A stretch of 38,817 bases of DNA from a virus. Lineage: Duplodnaviria; Caudoviricetes. The notes below the pieces were generated by a model. That model was not told where the DNA came from, ran no database searches, and saw only the letters and a program-made list of their open reading frames with translations. The stretch is taken from the IMG/VR virus record IMGVR_UViG_3300029319_000153, positions 1 to 38,817 of that record. The stretch is one strand, 5' to 3'. Below are positions 33,493 through 38,817 of this stretch, in pieces. Position 1 is the stretch's first letter; each line of letters begins with the position of its first letter. The translations under genes and the position numbers were made by a program.

Positions 33493-34976
33493 TATGGTGC
33501 TGCTCCTGTTGTTCCGTTATCTCCGACTTCAATAAGTCTTGTAAATTGTGTTTTTGAATTACTGTAATTAGTACATGCTCCAAGCATTGGTCCAAATGCA
33601 GTTCTGTCGTTAATAGCACAATCTCCAAAAGTATCGTATGGTCGCATTGAACTACCTGTTGTTGCTGTTTCTACAAACTGTACTCTAGCATCATAAACTG
33701 GATAAGTATCTGAAGTTGGGTGATGTCCAAAAACAGCATCTTGGATATCATCATTTGATGAATCACCGTCCCATTCAAGAATATGCCCAACTAAACTTTT
33801 TATATCTGTTCCATCAGTAAATGATGTTTCAACATTAAATTTAAATACAATACATCTTCCTCTGCCTTTTACATAATATACTCCGCCAAATGCACTATTG
33901 CCATTATGCCCGCCAAGGTAAGCATAGTTACCAATGCTTCCGCCAGATCTTGTATAACCTGCACCATCACTACCTGATATTGTATTGTACTTTAACTCAT
34001 AACCATTAGTTACACCTTCTAATGCCATAATCATTCCATTACTGCCAAATTCAGGCACATAAGCTGCTTTTCTACCAGAATCACTAGGAGTATTTGGTAG
34101 CCTACCACCAAAGTCAAGCTCTCCAGCAAGCTCTAAAGTAAGATTATTAGTTCCACTTTGTTTAAGTACATTCATTTTGCCGCCAGTTGGGGACGAATTG
34201 CTTGATCCTTCATTGTAAATTAAAACAGTCCTTTGAATATTACTGTCATATACAGATGTAAAAATATCTTGTGCAGAGTTTTCAAATACTATTTCTGAAC
34301 CTGAGTCCCATGAACCATCACTATCCATATGGAAAGCTGCTATGCAGTTTGCATCATCAGTATCTCTTTCATACATAATAGTATAAGTGTCATAGGTAGG
34401 GTTGTAATCAAAATAATTAGCACCACAAGTTTGTGTAGAATCTGAACCATTATTTGGATTTTGAACGTGTTTAGTATCACTACCACCTGTATCATTAAAA
34501 TCACTTGATGAAAAATCGTATGGGTTTGTAGTGCTATGTGCTGCACCAACAGTAAATGATCGAACTGAAAATTCGTTATAATTGGTAGTGTCCATTGCAG
34601 CAAGAGCCATTCTATTTCTTGTTGCATCATAAATTAACTGAGTTGTATATGTTGTAACACTTGCAAAAACATACTCATCTCCCATATATGCAGTTGTACC
34701 AACAACTGTTACTGCTCTTATTGTGCCATAGCTACTATTGCCATCATCTCCGTAAGAAAATACCATTTGGTTTGTACCAGGGTGATAGCTGTTTGATAAA
34801 CCCCACGACCTTCCTGAGTTCAAACCTTCTTCATTGCTAATATCTTGTATGCTAAAGTCAGCACTAATAACTAAATCCATTCCGTTGACATGAGTTATAT
34901 CAGCAGCAGCAACACCATTTACTTTTGCTATGTCAGCAAAACCAACTCCATTTAATTCGTTTATCTCGTTACCCAT
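33492..34976 (-). CDS. Putative receptor-binding/tail-tip protein, beta-propeller-like (494 aa)
   Basis: N-terminal I..VNGV repeats; recurring YD...R blade-like motifs; follows the tail fibre. Confidence 0.6.
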   Translation of the reverse strand: MGNEINELNGVGFADIAKVNGVAAADITHVNGMDLVISADFSIQDISNEEGLNSGRSWGLSNSYHPGTNQMVFSYGDDGNSSYGTIRAVTVVGTTAYMGDEYVFASVTTYTTQLIYDATRNRMALAAMDTTNYNEFSVRSFTVGAAHSTTNPYDFSSSDFNDTGGSDTKHVQNPNNGSDSTQTCGANYFDYNPTYDTYTIMYERDTDDANCIAAFHMDSDGSWDSGSEIVFENSAQDIFTSVYDSNIQRTVLIYNEGSSNSSPTGGKMNVLKQSGTNNLTLELAGELDFGGRLPNTPSDSGRKAAYVPEFGSNGMIMALEGVTNGYELKYNTISGSDGAGYTRSGGSIGNYAYLGGHNGNSAFGGVYYVKGRGRCIVFKFNVETSFTDGTDIKSLVGHILEWDGDSSNDDIQDAVFGHHPTSDTYPVYDARVQFVETATTGSSMRPYDTFGDCAINDRTAFGPMLGACTNYSNSKTQFTRLIEVGDNGTTGAAP

Positions 34977-36889
34977 TAACCTCTCTCTACAATGTCATAA
35001 CTAGGGTTGAAAAACATTTTGTCTGCGTGTAATCCTACACCGACTACTTGCACTCTATCACCTGATGATGCTGGCAATGTCTTTGTTAAAGCACCTGCTG
35101 TATCTTCTGATACATACATTTCTCCACCTATTGTGCAGTCAAGTATATCTGCATCGTGTATAAATCCACTTAGCAATACTTTACCTGTGCCACTATTTGC
35201 TATATCTGCAATAGCTATACCTATTGCTGGCATCGTGCTGTCTGCATTTGCTCTTGCTAATGCTATTTGATTATCACCTGATATATATACTGCTTTACCT
35301 TTGGCTATTGTAGAGCCTGTAGCATTACTAAATGTCGCTGTAATACCAGAATAATTATTATCTGTTTGTGTGCTATCTAAATGCACATCTTTACCATCTG
35401 CAATAGTTACTGTGCCTGAAGGAGTTAAATCTCCTGTTACTGTTAATGTACTGCCATCAAACGTAAGGTTAGATTCAGATGTAACAGTTCCATCTCCGTC
35501 ATCTGTAAGCAATTGGTTGTTTGAACCACTAACACCTGCTCCATGCAAATCAGTTACGTTGTTGGCGTGTATTGTAGCTGTGCTACTAATATCGGTAGAC
35601 CAGTCGTAATGTTCTGCCGCAACAAAGTTACTTGCTGCATCATGGTCTACTGTAAACGTAAGGTCATACGGGTCAGCATCAGTTCCGTTGTCTGTATCAG
35701 TCCAGTCAATATCAATACCAGCACCTTCAACAAATTTAACTTCTTTGTTTTCAGTAATTGTTACTTCTGTACCATCACCATCTTCTATTACAAACCCATC
35801 ACCCATATCTATTGTGTCACTACTAGCTGCTGCTATTGTTATTGCACCATCAGAATTTGTTATTGTTACATTGCTACCTTCTGTAAGAGTTGCTACTGCT
35901 GGTCCACTTGTACCACCAATAAGTAACTGTCCGTTGGTAGACATTGCTGCTGCTGAAACTGTGTCTGTACCAGAATCTTGTGTAATTAGTACAGCTTTAT
36001 CTGCTAAAGATGTTGCATTTGTACCACCTTTGCTTACAGGAACTGTGTCACTAAGAGTTGAACCTGCCGCAGTAACAGTTATTGCCGCAGTTCCGTCAAA
36101 GTCAACTCCGTTTATTGCTCTTGCAGTTGCTAATGCTGTTGCTGTTGCCGCATTACCAGTTAAAATCTTGGTTGACAAAGTGTCTAGCCCTACTCTTTTA
36201 AGGACTCCACCATCTGAATATAATAATTCGTCTGCATCTGCTAAACCTGAAGTAATTTCTGTTTGACCTGAAATAATATTATCGTTTAACATTCCTGACT
36301 CAACAGCATCTGCTTGTATTGTTGAAGAACCTGTAACATTTCCTGCACCTGTAAATGATGCAGATGTCCATACGACATCACCTGTCATACCGATAGTTCT
36401 CCCTGTAGCCAAAGCTGTTGCTGTATCTGCGTTACCAGTTACATCTCCTGTTAGAGGGCCTGCAAAAGCATCAGAGGTTACTGTGCCATCAAAGAAAGCA
36501 TCTTTAAATTCAAGTGAACTTGTGCCCAAATCTATTTGGTTGTCAGTTGCAGGATATAATGCACTAGCAGTTAATGTTAATCTATTTGCGTTGTCTACTT
36601 TAAAATCAATTTCATTAGCAGTACCAAAGTCTATAGCAGTTTGTGAGTCTTCACCTACTCTTAAATCAGTAGCAAATATATCTGCTGTCCATTCTGGAGC
36701 TGTAGCACCAGAGTTTACTGCTAGAACTTTGCCTGCTGTGCCTATGCCTAGTCTTGATAGCTGTGTTGTTGAGCTTGCGTATACAAGATCACCTGCTGCC
36801 TGAGAGTCCAGTATGTGTCCCCCAACAGCTTCGTATTCACTCTGGGTCATCTGAGTGCCTACACTTTTATGTTTAAATTCGTTTGCCAT
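34976..36889 (-). CDS. Tail fibre protein (637 aa)
   Basis: Gly/Thr/Ala/Asp-rich mosaic; repeats TGNADTATALATGRTI and TGNAATATALATARAING; V..GGT motif. Confidence 0.85.
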   Translation of the reverse strand: MANEFKHKSVGTQMTQSEYEAVGGHILDSQAAGDLVYASSTTQLSRLGIGTAGKVLAVNSGATAPEWTADIFATDLRVGEDSQTAIDFGTANEIDFKVDNANRLTLTASALYPATDNQIDLGTSSLEFKDAFFDGTVTSDAFAGPLTGDVTGNADTATALATGRTIGMTGDVVWTSASFTGAGNVTGSSTIQADAVESGMLNDNIISGQTEITSGLADADELLYSDGGVLKRVGLDTLSTKILTGNAATATALATARAINGVDFDGTAAITVTAAGSTLSDTVPVSKGGTNATSLADKAVLITQDSGTDTVSAAAMSTNGQLLIGGTSGPAVATLTEGSNVTITNSDGAITIAAASSDTIDMGDGFVIEDGDGTEVTITENKEVKFVEGAGIDIDWTDTDNGTDADPYDLTFTVDHDAASNFVAAEHYDWSTDISSTATIHANNVTDLHGAGVSGSNNQLLTDDGDGTVTSESNLTFDGSTLTVTGDLTPSGTVTIADGKDVHLDSTQTDNNYSGITATFSNATGSTIAKGKAVYISGDNQIALARANADSTMPAIGIAIADIANSGTGKVLLSGFIHDADILDCTIGGEMYVSEDTAGALTKTLPASSGDRVQVVGVGLHADKMFFNPSYDIVERG

Positions 36890-38716
36890 TATGTGGTTTT
36901 CACCTCCGTAAGCTCTAAGATCAATCTCCTAGTTTGGTCAAGTTGTACATTTCTTGTTGATTGTACACGGGATTTGATTAACTCATCCCTATATCGCATA
37001 CTAACGTAATGACTTGAGCCATCAAGGTCAGTATAAAGTATAAATGGTTCTTTTCTCAAGGTTTCTAAATTATTAAGATCAGCTGTCCGTAGTGTTTTGT
37101 TCCTAACTCTTCGCATAGCTAAGCTACGTTTGTCGCTTAATTTTGCCTGCACACTCCACCTTCTATACTCAATAGGGTTCCAGGCAGAATGAAACACAAA
37201 ACCTGTTATGATTGGCGACTGAGCTGAATCATTTGTAGATAATACAACTTTAAACCTAATACGTTTAAAATTAAGTTGTATGCTTGATGTTAGCGTAGTA
37301 CTGCTTGATGTGCACTCACCACTGCTACCAAAAGTAGTCCAGCCTGTTGTGTCATCATCTGTAGCATCATCAACTTTGTAAAATACTGTAGCTTTTTTAT
37401 TAGAGTCCAAGTTTCTGCCTGTTACTGTAATTTTAATAGCTGACTTGTCTACGTCAGGGAAATTAAAGTTTACGTATGAAGTATAAAAATTACCTGTAAG
37501 TCTGTGTTCTGATAAAGAATTTAATGCAGGGTTTTCGTTTCTAATAGGCATTCTAAGCCTGTAAGCTTTTACAACAGTGTCGTTTGTAATAGCAGCTAAA
37601 TCATCTTCTACTTTGTTTCCCATAACAAACATGCTAGTTCTTACGGCTTCAGTTCCTTTGAATTTACCCATAGCTGTTATCTCAGACACACTAAAACTTG
37701 AGATAGTGTGAGCTACTTGCTCAGGACTATCTGATGGCGACTCACGCTGTGTTCGTACACCAATAAGTTTTACAGCTTGCGATTTACCTGAACCTGCAAA
37801 CTGAAAAGGAAATGTGTACGGAAACCCTGTGTCGCCTTCTAAATCATCAGCTAATGCAACAAACAGATTGTTTCTGTCTTGTGCTACGGCTGATACTCTA
37901 CCACCAAATCCCCTAATACCTGCCGCTTTAAATAAATAAGATAAATCTGTCCAGTTTTTAGCACCATCAAAAAAACCATCGCCTATTTGCCAAAATGATT
38001 GATCACCACCTGATGCAAACAGTTGTCCTGCCCTACCAGTTGATGCTTTAAAGTTATTGCTATCCGGAAAAAAGTTAGCTTCAGGTTGCAAATCTCTAAA
38101 TTTTTGAGTTGCTCTATCATAAGAAAATAAACCATCTTCACGGCCTACATACAATATGTCATTAGCTGACACTAACGATGTAATAGACCTGTCGCTATCA
38201 CCAACAGATATTTCTGTGCCCCAGTTAGCTGTATCGCTTGGATCAGTTGATATAGATACGTTGTTAGCTCTATTCTTAAACAAAGCGTAATTACCACTAG
38301 CATTTCTTGCTCTTTCAAAAAACTCAGCAAATCTTCCGTTACCAGTGTTAGTTGATGGGGCAGCCCAAGTAGAACCGTCTGTGCTTCTTAAATATACTTG
38401 ATTAGTTCCAAAACCTGCATATAATGCACCATTAAAGCTAATCATGTCAGTAACATTGTAAGTTGAATCTGCATAAACAGCGTTAAACACTTCATTACTG
38501 TCGTCCCATTTATATATAACTCTACCGCAAGCTGCATAAACATTTCCGTTAAATTCTTGTGGAGTTGTCCAATCAACACCACCACTAGGAGTAACACTTA
38601 TATCATCTATGTAAAATACGTCTTCGTCTGTGCTAGCTGTTAAAGTAAATGTAATGCTAGTTGCACTTGAATCAATTGTTCTTGTTGCATAAATAGCTTC
38701 CCAGGCACTGCCTGCT
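36889..38716 (-). CDS. 3' part of the 821-aa tail nozzle-like protein (starts at 638)
   Basis: Open frame from the contig end to 36889; beta-propeller-like segments (FNGALYAG, ANDILYVGREDG); the track's 533-aa call is truncated. Confidence 0.8.
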
Positions 38717-38817
38717 GCTGATGTAGATGAAGTGCCAGTAGTAGTCCCAGCACTGTCAGTAATCTTAGCTGTTATAGTTCCTGAGCCACTTTCTCGTCTA
38801 ACAAAAGCAACAAGTGT
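38717..38817. repeat. Terminal direct repeat, right copy
   Basis: Matches 1-101 with one mismatch. Confidence 0.95.

Noticed and set aside
35688-36266. 192-aa plus-strand ORF and the other antisense ORFs in the track
   Set aside because: Shadow frames opposite well-supported genes, produced by codon bias; no RBS.
33492-36889. Diversity-generating retroelement target in the tail genes
   Set aside because: No reverse transcriptase and no template/variable repeat pair noticed.
638-38716. Stop-codon reassignment
   Set aside because: Genes tile densely under the standard code, with TAA, TAG and TGA all used as stops.

Overview
The window is an apparently complete, circular-mapping tailed dsDNA phage genome of 38,716 bp. 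Bases 1-101 repeat at 38717-38817 with one synonymous mismatch, and one gene reads in frame across the join. The minus-strand arm holds virion and lysis genes of podovirus type: putative TerS, TerL, portal, two large ejection-type proteins (877 aa with 15 hendecad repeats; 2276 aa with an HEXXH motif), scaffold, major capsid, neck and nozzle proteins with carbohydrate-binding-like inserts, tail fibre, receptor-binding protein, small basic proteins and a holin-like peptide. The plus-strand arm holds early and replication genes: small acidic proteins, a MoxR AAA+/VWA pair, a RecT-like annealase, a DnaC/IstB-like loader and an Hjc-like resolvase. I could not recognise an integrase, repressor, DNA polymerase, primase, helicase, RNA polymerase, endolysin, tRNA or CRISPR array. 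The most unusual part is the divergent control region at about 19,480-21,200. It contains a closed 391-nt multi-branched fold with a canonical kink-turn and a perfect four-way junction, a second folded domain about 700 nt downstream, and a perfect 15-bp inverted repeat plus further nested complementarity linking the two domains across a 165-aa orphan gene and a 27-aa acidic peptide; one of these pairings would block the intervening terminator. All structures were read by eye and all protein assignments rest on motifs and synteny, with no database searches. A Chloroflexota (Dehalococcoidia/SAR202-like) host is only a tentative inference.
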